A stretch of DNA of 64,000 nucleotides from Octopus vulgaris. Taxonomy: Eukaryota. The stretch spans positions 58,342,001 through 58,406,000 of the forward strand of contig OX597823.1 of NCBI GenBank assembly GCA_951406725.2. Reading direction: 5' to 3'. The stretch's first letter is position 1. Each line of letters begins with the position of its first letter. Position numbers and translations under genes: made by a program. This document shows positions 37,886 to 51,440 of the stretch, piece by piece. Below the pieces are notes generated by a model that saw only the letters and a list, made by a program, of their open reading frames with translations, had not been told where the DNA came from and made no database searches.

Positions 37886-39152
37886 GAGAGACGTTCAATA
37901 AGTAATGCCTCTGACCTACTTGCAGTTGTTTGATCTAGCTGAAATTTTGCATGTGCAATCATTTATATCTCTATAGAGTAAGTAGCAAATTACAGCTCTG
38001 AACTAATTGTGGTTTCTGATTTACAGGTGTTTGAACCGAGTAAAGTGTGAAATGGAGCCTGTTGAGTGTCGAGCAGTAATCCGGTTTTTGTATTTGAAAG
38101 GACGCACACCACGGGAGACTTTTGATGAAATGAAAGTAACTTATGGTGATGATGCCCCATCATATGACCTTGTGAAACGCTGGCATCGTGAATTCAAACA
38201 TGGTCGGAACTCTGTGGAAACAGCTCCCAGATCTGGTCGCCCCCTTCTGCCATTGATGAGGCATCTGTCCGTCAAGTTGAGGCTGCCATTTTGGAAGATC
38301 GACGCATAATTATTCGCCAAATAGCCCATGAGGTCAAGATTAGTACTGGGTCTGTGGAAACTATCATTCATGACCATTTTCATATGCAAAAGGTGTCTGC
38401 CAGATGGATTCCCAGGTTGCTCACGCCTTTCCAGAAGCAAGAACGCGTCGAGTGCTCGAGGATGAATTTGGAGATGTGCCAAGAAGATGATTCAAAATTT
38501 TTCAAAAGACTGATTACACAGGATGAAACCTGGGTCCATCACGATGATCCAGAGACCAAAGCCCAGTCAATGCAGTGGAAGCACCGTGACTCACCCCCTC
38601 CAAAGAAGGCAAGGGTGCAGCCCTCCGCTTGCAAGGTCATGCTCACAGTCTTCTGGGACCAGGACGGAGTAGTGATGACAGATTTCCTGGCAAAGGGTAC
38701 CACAATTGCAGGAGCCTATTATGCTTCACTTTTGAGGAAATTAAGAGAAGCTATCAAAATCAAGAGGCGGTGCAAGATCAGCAAAGGCATCCTCCTCCTG
38801 CAGGACAACGCTCCGGTCCACAACTCGCTTGTCGCCAGATCAGAAGCACAGGCGTATGGCTATGAACTCCTCTCCATCCCCCCTACTTTCCTGACCTTGC
38901 ACCCTCTGATTTTTACCTCTTCCCAATCATGAAGTTGTTTTTGAAAGGAAAGCGTTTCCCAGATGATGCAGCCTTGATGACCAAGCTGGGTTCTTCTACA
39001 AAAACGGTCTCCAGAGCCGCATCAAACGATGGGAGAAATGCGTAACTCTGGGTGGTTCCTATGTAGAAAAAGGCTAATAACTGTGCCAAGTTTCGTTGCT
39101 CTACTGCTATGGGAAGTGGATCAGGGGCATTACTTATTGAATGCCCCTCGTA
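37883..39152 (+). mobile_element. Near full-length mariner transposon, frameshifted transposase
   Basis: ~30-bp TIRs TACGAGAGACGTTCAATAAGTAATGCCTCTGA / TCAGGGGCATTACTTATTGAATGCCCCTCGTA in (TA)n; transposase from ATG 38052 with HTH, WIPRLL, QDETW, QDNAPVH and PYFPDLAPSDF, split by at least two frameshifts. Confidence 0.95.
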
Positions 39153-39169
39153 TATATATATACGAAGTA

Positions 39170-39783
39170 CTGCAAAGCATTTTCCCCCGGCGTGCTAACG
39201 TTTCTGCCAGCTCGCCGCCTTCTCGTTATAATATTACTGCTGGTGTTATAATATTACACGCCGAGAAAAATGCTTAGTGGCATTTCGTTCGCCTTTACGC
39301 CATGGTCGGCTTTGCCTTTCATCTTTTCGGGTGTCGATAAAATAAATACCATTTGCACACTGGGGTCGCTGCAATCGGCTCTCCTCCTTCCCCTCAAATT
39401 TCTGGCCTTGGATCTATAGTAGAAAGGGATGCTCTTTGGTTATCTCACTCCCATTAAATGATTGCCATTAAAAGAGTTAGATCTTTTTGATTCAACACTT
39501 CAACATATTGTAGATGATTGGCCTCCTCAATAGGCATGGCATGGTTTGTTATTAAAATGTTATGAGATTCAGTAAGATGTTTATTTCAGTTTTCGTGTTT
39601 ATTAATTTTTTCAGATTCAATACAAGGTTTCATCGGTTCACTTTTTTTTTTTTATCAAGGGTTAAACATTTTTTTTTTAGTTGAGGGAGTTAACCAAAAG
39701 TACCGATAATTCTCATAAAACGTGGGGAGATAACCGAATATTTTAATGGGGGTGATATATACAAAAAGTACCGTAGAAAAAAA

Positions 39784-39814
<31 letters not shown>

Positions 39815-40052
39815 GGTAGCGAGCTGGCAGAATCACTACTGCGCCGGGCGAAATGCCGCTATGAATTTGAGTGGAAGGTTGATAGTCGATTATATTGACC
39901 CCAGTGTGCAAATGGTATTTATTTTATCGACGTCCGAAAGGATGAAAGGCAAAGTTGATCTTGGCGATATTTGAATTCAGAGTGTAAAGGCAAACAAAAT
40001 GCCACTAAGCAATTTTCTCGGCGTGCTTAACTATTCTGCTGACTCGCTGACC
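39170..40052. mobile_element. Cluster of decayed family-B SINE fragments in both orientations
   Basis: Core motifs at 39265-39428 (+) and 39885-40050 (-). Confidence 0.7.
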
Positions 40053-40355
40053 TAACAACAGCAGTCATAGTTTAACGAGAAGGTGGAACAACAGCAAAAT
40101 CAATAGCAGAACAAAAAAGAAAGGAAAAAGAAACAGCAGCGATTGAGGCAAAGAAAGGGACATTATGGCGTGACATGCAGAAATACAGAAAAAGGAAACA
40201 TTTATAAGACAAATAGTAAAAACAAAAAAAGAAGCAGTGATAGCTGTGACAAAATACATACGAGCAATAGCAACAGAAACAACATTAACAACAGCAACGA
40301 AATTGCTGGCCTTGTGTCAAAATTTAAAACCAATTTTTACTGCTAATGTTGTTAA

Positions 40356-41093
40356 TACCGTAAATCCTCGAGTATAATCCGCATTTTTTCCCCAAAATTT
40401 AATGGTCAAAATCCTTAGTGCTTACTATAAACGAGGTTAAAAATGAAAAAAATTTTCTAAGCAATGTTCGAGTCTCTATTTGCTGTCCGGTAATGTTTAT
40501 TCAGACGCATTTTGTGATGTCGGGCGCGAAAATACCTTGAGCTAAGCCTGAAAGCAATGAAGTCATAAAAGAATCATCCATAACTTGCAGTAAGCAACAT
40601 TTATTAAAACAAAACTATTCAGAACACAGAATAACATGTAACAAAAACAATTTGCAAACATATTTACATTCCCATATAACAGTTAAGAACATTACCATTA
40701 TTGTATTACGCATGCATAGAAGTGTTTGTTCGACTAGATGTCTTACAAACAACTTGCACATGCAAGTGCTACAAGTCAAAAACTACGTATACCGGAAGCC
40801 AGCAAGTGTATGGGGTCATCAGGAGAGAATGCGCACCGTTTCGGGGCCTACCTCTCGACGGCATCAATGCGCACCTCACTGATATGAGGCCCCGCTTGCT
40901 AGATCAGCTGGTTATCAAATAAAGCTCAATATCCTTCTAGCCATCGCTCATCGTCTCTTTTTAACCAACGACTCAAGTTAGAGAAAGGGGTGCGTATTAT
41001 ACACAAGGTTTAGGTTTTTCAGAGGTACAGCCCACTAAAAATCCCCTGCGTATTTTATACTCAAGGGCGGACTATACTCGAGGATTTACGGTA
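40356..41093. mobile_element. pogo/Tigger-like MITE (~738 bp)
   Basis: TIR TACCGTAAATCCTCGAGTATAATCCGC / GCGGACTATACTCGAGGATTTACGGTA, TA termini, subterminal TGCGTATTATAC repeats. Confidence 0.9.
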
Positions 41094-41816
41094 CTGTTGC
41101 ACTTCTTGTTGTTGATCACAGCATTGTTTTTATCATTGCTGTTATTATTTTTATTATATTTGATGTTACTATTTTGGCGACAACCGCTGGAGAAGCTTTG
41201 CCCACTGAGCTTTTTCTTGTGTGTAAGTGTGTGTGTGTGTGTGTGTGTGTATCTGTGTCTGTGAGTGTGTGTGAGAGAGCGAGAGTGTGTGTGTATGTTA
41301 TTTCCTCTGGAGCTAATATACGGGGTGCATTCCAGATTTTGAAATATTTTAGGTGAGTCAGTTCCGTTGAGCGGATCAACTGGAAAACCTCACCGTCGCA
41401 AACGACGGAGTGCCAGTTTTTGATTGCTTATGCTACCAGAATTATTCTTGATGCTGTTGTTTTTTTTACATCTACTGTTGCTGATGCAAACATTACAGTA
41501 ATTCTGTCTATTGCTGCTACTGATGACGATAATGATGATTTTATTATAATTTTTTTTTCAATTGTTGTCTCCTCTCGTTTATGCTGTGTCGCTGCTGTCG
41601 CTGAAGTTCTTGCTAATAACGGTTACAGCTGCTGCTGCTGTTGTTATTGTCAATGCTGCTGTTTTTATTTTTTATTATTTTTATATACGCACTGATGTTG
41701 AACCCGTCCAATAATCATTTGCAAAACCTCAATAAATCCCTAATTCGTTCTACAACATTGGCTTTAAAGAAACATTGTAATGAAAATATCAGAGAAATTA
41801 TTCATAATAATAATAA

Positions 41817-41912
<96 letters not shown>

Positions 41913-42091
41913 TAATAATAATAGTGGCTGTTGTTGATGAGGATAATGATAATGATGATGGTGTTGGTGGCGGTAGTGATGATGGTGGTCTTGCTGTTGT
42001 TTCTCTTTTTTTTTTGCTTAAATAAATAATTATCATGTATAAAAATTAAAACTATTAATATTGCTATTATTATTATTATTATTATTATTAC

Positions 42092-42159
<68 letters not shown>

Positions 42160-42165
42160 TTATTA

Positions 42166-42197
<32 letters not shown>

Positions 42198-42712
42198 TAA
42201 CAAAACGAAGAAGAAGAAGAAGAAGAAGAAGAAGAAGAAGAAGAAGAAGAAGAAGAAGAAGAACAACAACAACAACAACAACAAGAATCTTTTCTACTAA
42301 AGGCATAAGGCCTGACATTTGTGTGGAGGGGACTAGTCGATTACATCGACCCCAATGTTTCACTGCTATTTAATTAATTTGTCGATCCTGAAATGACCGA
42401 AGGCGAAATCAACGTCTGTGGCATTTGAACTCCGAACGAAAAGACCAATGAAATGGCGTTATGCTTAATGATTACAAATTTCGGCATCAAGTTAGCAAGT
42501 TCAGTTTTCAATTGGTATACATACTTTATCGAATTCAAAAGGATGAAAAAAAAAATAATAGTAATAATAACAACAATGTTAATATTTTTCATTTTTATAC
42601 TTGATAATTATTTATTTAAACAAAAAGAAAACAGAAACAAAGATAAACTACAGTGATATCACCGCTACCATCATTATCCATATCATCATCATCAACAACA
42701 ATAGCAACATCG

Positions 42713-42758
<46 letters not shown>

Positions 42759-42916
42759 TAATAATAATAATAATAATGGTTTCAAATTTTCCCACAAGGG
42801 TAGCTATTTTGTGGGAAGGGGATGAGTCGATTACATTGACCCCCAGTGTTCAACTGGTACTTATTTTATCAAACCCTGAAAGGCAGAGTTGACCTCGGCG
42901 GAAAAAAAAAAAAAAA

Positions 42917-43021
<105 letters not shown>

Positions 43022-43040
43022 TAATGAGGAGGAGGATAAT

Positions 43041-43627
43041 AATCCTTTCTACTGGAGTTACAAGGCCTCAAATTTGGTGGGGGGGGGGGAACTACTCGAG
43101 TATATCGACCCCAGTGTTTTACTGGTACTTAATTTATCGATCCCGAAAGGATGAAAGGCAAAGTCGACTTCGGCTGAATTTGAATTTAGAATGTAACGGC
43201 GGAGGAAATACCTATTTCTTTACTACCCACAAGGGGCTAAACACAGAGGGGACAAACAAAGACAGACAAACGGATTAAATCGATTACATCGACCCTAGTG
43301 CGTAACTGGTACTTATTTAATCGACACCGAAAGGATGAGAGGCAAAGTCGACCTCGGCGGAATTTGAACTCACAACGTAGCGTCGGACGAAATACCTATT
43401 TCTTTACTACCCACAAGGGGTTAAACACAAAGAGGACAAACAAGGACAGTCAAACGGATTAAATCGATTATATCGACCCCAGTGCGTAACTGGTACTTAT
43501 TTAATCGACTCCGAAGGGATGAAAGTCAAAGTCGACCTCGGCGGAATTTGAATTCAGAACGTAACGGCGGCCGAAATACCGCAAAACATTTCGTCTGGCG
43601 TGCTAACGATTCTGACAGCTCACCGCG
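43041..43627 (-). mobile_element. Head-to-tail multimer of SINE family B (184-bp period)
   Basis: Junction GAAATACCTATTTCTTTACTACCCAC at 43205 and 43389; a complete head is present only at the outer unit. Confidence 0.88.
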
Positions 43628-43874
43628 TTAATAATAACAGCGTTTATTTTTAATGTAGGCTGATTTTGTTAAAGCAGGGGAATTTGGTTTGTATAAAAAG
43701 TGAATATGGCAACAATAACAAAAACAACAGCAACAACAATAGTAACAAGAACAATAATATTAATCATAATAATAATAATTTTTAATTATTTATTTAAACA
43801 AAATAAAAACAAAAAACAAGAAACTACTGCTACTATTACTACTACTACTAATCACAACAACAATAACAATAACA

Positions 43875-43925
<51 letters not shown>

Positions 43926-43951
43926 TAATAGTAATAATAATAATAATGATA

Positions 43952-43992
<41 letters not shown>

Positions 43993-44564
43993 CATTATAT
44001 TTCATGCGGGCTCATTTTACGAAAGCAAGGGAATTTGTTCATTCTTTTTTAATGAAACATTAGCAACAATGATGATAAAAACAACATGAAGAGCAGAGCT
44101 AATTAATGCGTTGAAAATTAGTTCAAAAGTATTCATTAAAAATGTCACGGAACAAACTGAATGGCTGCTGAATAAATATTTTGCTGCGGATGGAGAAGAG
44201 TTGTGAAGGCAGCGAAGTGAATAGAAACGGTATGTCAACGAACTAAACGCCTTTCAGGTACTTAGTTCCGCTCAGGGGCAGTGAAATGGCAGAATCGGTG
44301 GAGCGGTGGTGGGCAATAATAAGTGCAGGCATGCTTGTAGGGTTAATGAGTTCGGTCGCACGCTACGAGGACTGTGTGGGGACAGGTTTGATTCTCACAG
44401 TTCTAACATATTCTCCGACTGTTCAAAAACCTGGCGAGCTAGAAGGAAACTGATCGGAGAATCTGTTCTTTACACACACGCCACGCTCGCGCACACACAC
44501 ATTCACACACAAACACTTATACATACATGTATATATATGTATATATACATATACATACATATAT

Positions 44565-44835
44565 GATATAAATAATATATAGAAATGCATATATACATAT
44601 ATGTACATACCTACATATATATGTATATATACATGCATGTATGGGTACAGACATAAAAAAAACGTTGAACACAATGAGAAACGAAAACAAAAACAGACAC
44701 GAACTTTTTTTCGAACAACGAAAAAAACAGAGAAACGAGACATACAACATAAAGAATATACCCCTTCTTCAGTTGTCCCTGTTTCAACTACTCCACATAT
44801 CGAAGGCAAGGACAAAACGCGACTTCGTTGAAACA
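44565..44835 (-). repeat. Interspersed repeat, homologous to 61905-62180
   Basis: Shared ACAACTGANGAAGGG..TATTCTTTATGTTGTATGTC..GTTTCTCATTGTGTTCAACG. Confidence 0.8.
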
Positions 44836-44874
44836 GTCCACTAAATTCTTTCTTCTCCATTTTCTTTTATTAAC

Positions 44875-44913
<39 letters not shown>

Positions 44914-44964
44914 TTATATCACCCTGGTTTTTATTAGCAGTTATTCATAAATCAGTGGGGCTTC

Positions 44965-45615
44965 TATTTCTAGCCTTTCTTGTTTCTCCTTTTCTTCTCT
45001 CTCCGTCTCTTCCCTTCTCTCTCTCCTCTCTCTTTCTTTCTTTCTCTCGCCTTCGTTCTTCTCTGCCGTCTGTGTCTACTTCTGCCTGCTGCTGACGCGT
45101 GACACGTGGTCACCCCTTTTTTCTTTCTTTCCCTCTTTTTTACACCGGTCACTGAGTTGACTGGTCCTAAATTATCTAGTCTCCTCTTCAGCGTGTCTCG
45201 CTATTTGCTGTCCTGTTTCTAGTCCTTTAGGAATTCCCTTTAAGCGTTACCCATGCTTCGTCTTCATCTAGCCTTAAGGCTGCATTCTGTTTGTTTCTTA
45301 TTTATTTCGTCTTTGTCCTTCGTCCATCTTCTTACATTTATTCGTTATCGTATGTCCACTTCTGTATCGCTTGTCATCCAGATATTGCTTGTTTATTCTC
45401 GGAACAGCATTCTCCGCAATTCTTGTGGATGCCTCCAGCTGGGAAACAATCTTATCGCTAAAGGCACGAAATTGCGTCATTACCCTCTGGTCGATAACTA
45501 ATGAAGAATTAGGGACCTTCCGTGTCTGTTTTCCGTTCGTCTGTGCATTTAACATATATTTTTTAACTTGCCATTCTGTGTGTTTTCGTTTGTGCATTTA
45601 CTATACATTTTTCAC
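44965..45615 (+). repeat. Interspersed pyrimidine-rich repeat, homologous to 58905-59460
   Basis: Shared TTCTAGCCTTTCT, CGTGA..CGTGGTCA, TAAGCGTTACCCA and TAACTAAT blocks in the same order. Confidence 0.65.
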
Positions 45616-45805
45616 GTACACACACACACACACACATACACACACATCCTTTAAGTTCGTTTGTGTGAGATGTATACGCTCATAAAAAAACTTCTATGCT
45701 ATTTATTCCGGCTACCGCTTATTATTCCCATCTTCCAGAGAAATTTTATGGGGTGGTTGTCTATTGTCTATTGCCGCTATAGCGGCACCAGACTATATAT
45801 GTGTG

Positions 45806-45867
<62 letters not shown>

Positions 45868-47117
45868 GATCTCTTCTCAGTACGCATCTGCAGTTAGTTT
45901 TCTGAGTTCTACAAACAAGAATAATTATTCTTGTTTACATTCAACGTGAATCAGAAGAACTTAAACTAAATTTAATCTTAGAAAGGCTGTTGGCTAGGAA
46001 GTTATTAGAATGTAAACACATCCATTCTTTGATTGCTATGTCCGAAAAAAGAGGCAGAGACTCCTGAAGGACAGTTTCATATAGAATATTCAACCACCAG
46101 TCAGAAATTAAACATTCACTGAGGTGGATAGCTTTTGATTCAGAAACTGATAAGTTTATTTTTAAATTAGAATAAATTTTTACCTTCAAAGTGTTCGGGT
46201 TATTTAAAGCAAACTTCAAATATATATTGAGTGCAACAATGAGAAAAGCTCACGGTGGTTTTTAAAGCTTCTTAAAAAACACCGTGATTGTTTTATTTAA
46301 TTCCAAACTGCTTTTGTTTTGTCGAGTAGCACAAAAAATATTTTACGGCGCTGAAAAAGCAAATACATATGAGTACAAAGTATCATTATCCCATAATATC
46401 ACCAATATTTACAAAAAAGAAATCTGTCAACAGTCCATACAGTTCTGTTAATCTAGATTTTAACGTTATCCCTACTTCTCTTAACGTAAACAGTAAAGTA
46501 AAATATTTACTCCCGAGAATGTGTTTTTTATTACCGTTAAAGATCATACACCTAATTCCTTCAGGTATGCAGGCTTATTAAGCTTGTAAAAACGGAATTT
46601 AAAATCCTTAACAATATATTCTAGATTTAATTATTCATTTCTTAATAAACAGCGTTATTGGTTATTTTAGTTATTGGTTATTTTAGAATAATTTAGTAAT
46701 ATTAGAGATAACAGCTTAGTAAATTTATCCAGTTTGTTATTGATATTTATCTTTTAACAGCTAATCTCACTCTCTTTAAAGTTTTATCTTTGCCAACACC
46801 ACCATACCTATCAAGGAATTTGATATAGATATTAGATACTTTTACATGCTGCGGAATCTCCATTGGTCTTTAACAATTCTTGTATATATATATAAAAAAA
46901 AAAAACAACGCTAGCAAATTCTTTCGTATCCTAATATCCCCATTAGAACATATACAATGCAGCAAATTTAAGGGAAAACATTGCTATTTATATTTCATAT
47001 TGTTTGCTTTAAAACTGCTTTGGCTAAAGCGGGGGCTTATATAGAAACGACAAGTTTGTTGTTTCGGGTAAAGCAAAAGGCCTGTTATGTGGAAAAGGTT
47101 TGAGAATTACAGCTGAC

Positions 47118-47243
47118 ACTAATCTTAGTAACGTCGATTTTAAGATAACAGTTTAAACTTCGATATAGAAATGTTCAATCCTAACCCTAACCCGAATGAA
47201 AAACTATTTTATATTAATACGAATTCTAACCATCTACCCAAGT
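47118..47243 (+). mobile_element. Penelope-like RT fragment
   Basis: TNLSNVDF...PNEKLFYINTNSNHLP matches the PLE 'V.FLD...KPN...YI...SNHP' region. Confidence 0.6.
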
Positions 47244-48328
47244 TTTAATTGCTTCTCATTCTTAGAATAAAACACTACCCAAGAGTGACTTTCCTATTAA
47301 ATCCATTATATTACCAATACTAATACCCGAAAGCGTAACAGAAGACCTTGATTTAATCCAGCATTCTGTTTGAATATAATAATAAATATAGTCACAAAAT
47401 TCTTCAACTTTATCCTTTTCCACTTTCTAACAAATCTTCAAATAAAACTTTTAGCAAATCACATTTAAAGCCAACCATTCTTGAAGTAACAATTTTGTTT
47501 GTCCTATTAAACATTATTGTTCAAAAATACTCTCTAATGCCAATATCATTGCCTCTATTACTATCTATACTTGCATTGATTTCACAAATTTCCCTCTTAG
47601 CTTTAATACTTTACGCAATAATATATTAAATCCTACGCTGGATTAATGAAAACTAAATTCAACAAGCGATTGTACAAGCACACATATTCCTTTAAACTCC
47701 GAGAAAAAAAGGTCTCCGATAACTTTATTTGTTTGGCTCCCAGAGAAACTTAATCCGGCTGCGCCCAAAGCAAGCTACATTGCAGAGCATGTAACATCGG
47801 GTTAAATATAGAAAACAAAAAAATAATAATAAACGGAAAAAGCAGTTTATTCTGTTTCGTTTCAAAACTTATATGCATTAAATAAAAGATGTGAGTTATT
47901 AAATCCCTCTAAGGGCGCCTCTAAATATTTGTTGCGCAACCTTTTACCACATCATGGTTAATTTCCAAAACTTTGACCGAAGAAAAGTGGATCTTACTCC
48001 ATCCGTATTTTAACATTTCCTACATTCATTATAATGAAAATTTCAAAGGCTAATCGTTGCGTTTTCAAGTCATTCTCCTTGCATGGAGTGACTCTTTTGC
48101 TCACGCTAGTTTTCATCCGTTTATTTTCGTTGTTAAACAGTTCTTTTCCGATTTCATTTTCCTTTTCATTTATATATATATATATATATATATAAAGAAA
48201 TAGGTATTTCGTCTGCCGCTACGTTCTGAGTTCAAATTCCGCCGAGGTCGACTTTGCCTTTCATCCTTTCGGGGTCGATTAAATAAGTACCAGTTACGCA
48301 CTGGGGTCGATATAATCGATTTAATCCG

Positions 48329-48385
<57 letters not shown>

Positions 48386-48659
48386 AATCTCCTTTTCATT
48401 TTGATTTTGTTTTCCAGTTTGTTTGTTTTTTTAATATATTTTTACCTGTTTTTCATATATTCGTGTATTTTACCTGCCGTCACCGTTAATTTATTAATAT
48501 GTTTAAGTACATATTTAGATACAACTTTGCATCAGTTACGTCGATTCTTTTTTTCGACTTAGCCATTTTCTCTCTACTTTCTTTCTTTCTTTCCTTCTCT
48601 TCTTTAACCGATGCATTTCATCTCTGCCTACCCATTATGCATTTATTGTGAATGTAACG

Positions 48660-48735
48660 CTTGTTGTTGTTGTTGGTGGTGTCGCTTGTAGTGCTGGTAG
48701 CGTTGGTGTTGTTGTTCGTGTTGTTGCTGGCGTTG

Positions 48736-48767
<32 letters not shown>

Positions 48768-48912
48768 GGTGATGGTGTTGTTGTTGTTGCTGTTGTAGTT
48801 GGTGGTGGTGATGGCATTGGTGTTTTTGTTGTTGTTGTTGGTGGTGGTGGTGGTGGCGTCGGCGTTGGTGTTGTTGGTATTTTTGCTGTTGGTGTTGTTG
48901 TTGGTGTTGTTG

Positions 48913-48944
<32 letters not shown>

Positions 48945-48975
48945 GGTGGCGTTAGTGTTGTTGTTGCTGTTGTTG

Positions 48976-49007
<32 letters not shown>

Positions 49008-49100
49008 GGTGGCATTGTTGTTGTTGCTTGGAATAATAGTATCGGGATGGGAGTGGAATTGATAGTGTTATTGGTGGTGGTGGTGGTGGTGGTGGTGTTG
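48660..49100. repeat. Compound (GTT)/(GGT) trinucleotide repeat
   Basis: Direct reading. Confidence 0.9.
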
Positions 49101-49269
49101 CTGAAGATCTAGGTGTCGATGTTGGCTACGGTGGCGTTATTAACATTGTCGATGTCCTTGTCGGTGGTGGTGTTCATGATATTGGTAATGGTGGGAAATG
49201 AGGAAAGCAGCAGTAATAGCTATGTTGGTGCTGTTTAATCTTAGGTTGTCTCTGAATTGAGTAGAAACA

Positions 49270-49466
49270 TACGAGGGGGTGCTTAAAAGTTCCTGGTTTT
49301 GGGTCAAAGAAAATACAGGTGGATCAGGTAATTATGATTTTATTCAACATATTCTATTTCTCAGATTCACACACTTAATGCAGCGATCCTTCAGTTTTTC
49401 TAAGCCCTGTAAAAGAATTCGCAAGGTCGGACCCCAAACCAGGCCTTTCGCCAGAACCCCCTCGTA
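49270..49466. mobile_element. mariner-derived MITE (~197 bp)
   Basis: TACGAGGGGGT..CCTGGTTTTGGG / CCCCAAACCAGG..ACCCCCTCGTA. Confidence 0.8.
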
Positions 49467-49664
49467 TGCGTAATCATCTCATCTCTCTCACGTATTGAAT
49501 ATCTAACACTATAACAACATTATCAAAATGTGGCCTTAAAATGTTGAAGACAGTAGGGTACAACTGAAGGAAGATTTTGCAGCTATTTCTAACAGGTCGG
49601 AGGACTACAACGGGGCTCAAGTACTGACTCGTAGGTAGTAATACTAATTTTTGTATACTACCGT

Positions 49665-50773
49665 ATTTGCTACTGTTTAAGATGAAGTGTCCAAATCTTT
49701 AAGAAAATTGTTTTCATAATATATAACTAGATATAATTTATCTTTAGGGCTTGTGTTTATATTGTATTGTTTCATCAATTCTCCTTAAAAGTCTCTCATC
49801 AATTCAATGATTCTTCTTTATTAAATTCTCGTTGTTCATAATATATCGGCCAAGTCATTTATTTGTATTAAGGGTGCAAATTTTACTTAAAAGATTTAGT
49901 TAGGTGTTCTATATTATGTTCATAGTTAGATGCGTCTAACAATTTGTTTCTTTGTTCATTATTAATTGGGTTCTTTGACATCATATGCCTGTATCGTATT
50001 TCAGATATGATAAACTTATGAAGATATTCTATTTTTTGCGAGTATTTATGTAAAGATACTGTAAAACAATCGATACCTTTTATTTCTTATTTTTCTTATG
50101 TTCCAGTTAATAAATATATAAATCAATAGTTTAAGGTGGTGAGCTGGCTGAAACGTTAGCACACCGGACGATATGTTTAGCAGTATTTCGTCTGTCTTTA
50201 CGTTCTGAGTTCAAATTCCACCGAGGTCGACTTTGCCTTTCACCCTTTCGGGGTCGCTAAATTAAGTACCAGTTACGCACTGGGGTCGATATAATCGACT
50301 TAATACGTTTTTCTGTCCTTATTTGTCCTCTCTGTGTTTAGCTCCTTGTGGGTAGTAAAGAAATAGGTATTTCGTCTGCCGCTACGTTCTGAGTTCAAAT
50401 TCCGCCGAGAATATCTACATAAGTTTATTATATCTGAAATACGATACAGGCATACGATGTCAAAGAACCCAATTAATAATGAACAAGGAAACAAATTGTT
50501 AGACGCATCTAACTATGAACATAATACAGAACACCTAACTAAATCTTTTAAGTAAAATTTGCACCCTTAATACAAATTAATGACTCGGCCGATATATTAT
50601 GAACAACGAGAATTTAATAAAGAAGAATCATTGAATTGATGAGAGACTTTTAAGGAGAATTGATGAAACAATACAATATAAACACAAGCCCTAAAGATAA
50701 ATTATATCTACTTATATATTATGAAAACAATTTTCTTAAAGATTTGGACACTTCGTCTTAAACCGTAGCAAAT
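49665..50773. repeat. ~365-bp inverted duplication (49665-50030 vs 50408-50773)
   Basis: Near-identical reverse complement; the second copy interrupts a SINE-B multimer. Confidence 0.92.
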
Positions 50774-51440
50774 CCTTTCGGGGTCGATTAAATAAGTATG
50801 CACTGGGGTCGATATAATCGATTTAATCCGTTTGTCTGTCCTTGTTTGTCCTCTCTGTGTTTAGCCCCTTGTGAGTAGTAAAGAAATAGGTATTTCGTCT
50901 GCCGCTACGTTGTGAGTTCAAATTCCTCCGAGGTCGACTTTGCCTTTCATCCTTTCAGGCTCCATTAAATAAGTACCAGTTATGCACTGGGGTCGATATA
51001 ATCGATTTAATCCGTTTGTCTGTCCTTGTTTGTCCTCTCTGTGTTTAGCCCCTTGTGGGTAGTAAAGAAATAGGTATTTCGTTCTGAGTTCAAATTCCGC
51101 CGAGGTCGACCTTTTCCTTTCATCCTTTCGGGATCGATAAATTAAGTACCAGTTGCATACTGGAATCGATTTAATCGACTGAACCCCTCCACCAAAATTT
51201 CGGGCCTTTTGCCAAGAGTAGAAAAGAATATATATCAAAAGTAAGTCGGTGAGTTGGCAGAATCGTTAACATCTCGTGCAAAATGCTTTTATGTTCTGAC
51301 TTCAACTTCCGCCAAGGTCGAATTTTTGTGTTTTATTTTTTCGGAGTTGGTAAAATAAGTACCAGTGCAACATTGGGAATCGATGTAATCGACTAATCCC
51401 ATCCTCCGACATTGCTGGCCTTATGCGAAAATTTGAAATC
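50135..51440 (+). mobile_element. SINE family B multimer array (interrupted)
   Basis: AAAGAAATAGGTATTTCG junction at about 50360, 50883 and 51067. Confidence 0.85.

Noticed and set aside
45900-47760. Mitochondrial insertion (NUMT)
   Set aside because: No recognisable mitochondrial protein, rRNA or tRNA motif.
48635-49112. Pro/Thr mucin-like and Gly/Val ORFs
   Set aside because: Pure GTT/GGT repeat with no domain, signal peptide or splice context.
43041-51230. CRISPR-like periodic repeats
   Set aside because: Units are full tandem SINE copies with no unique spacers; eukaryotic context, no cas genes.
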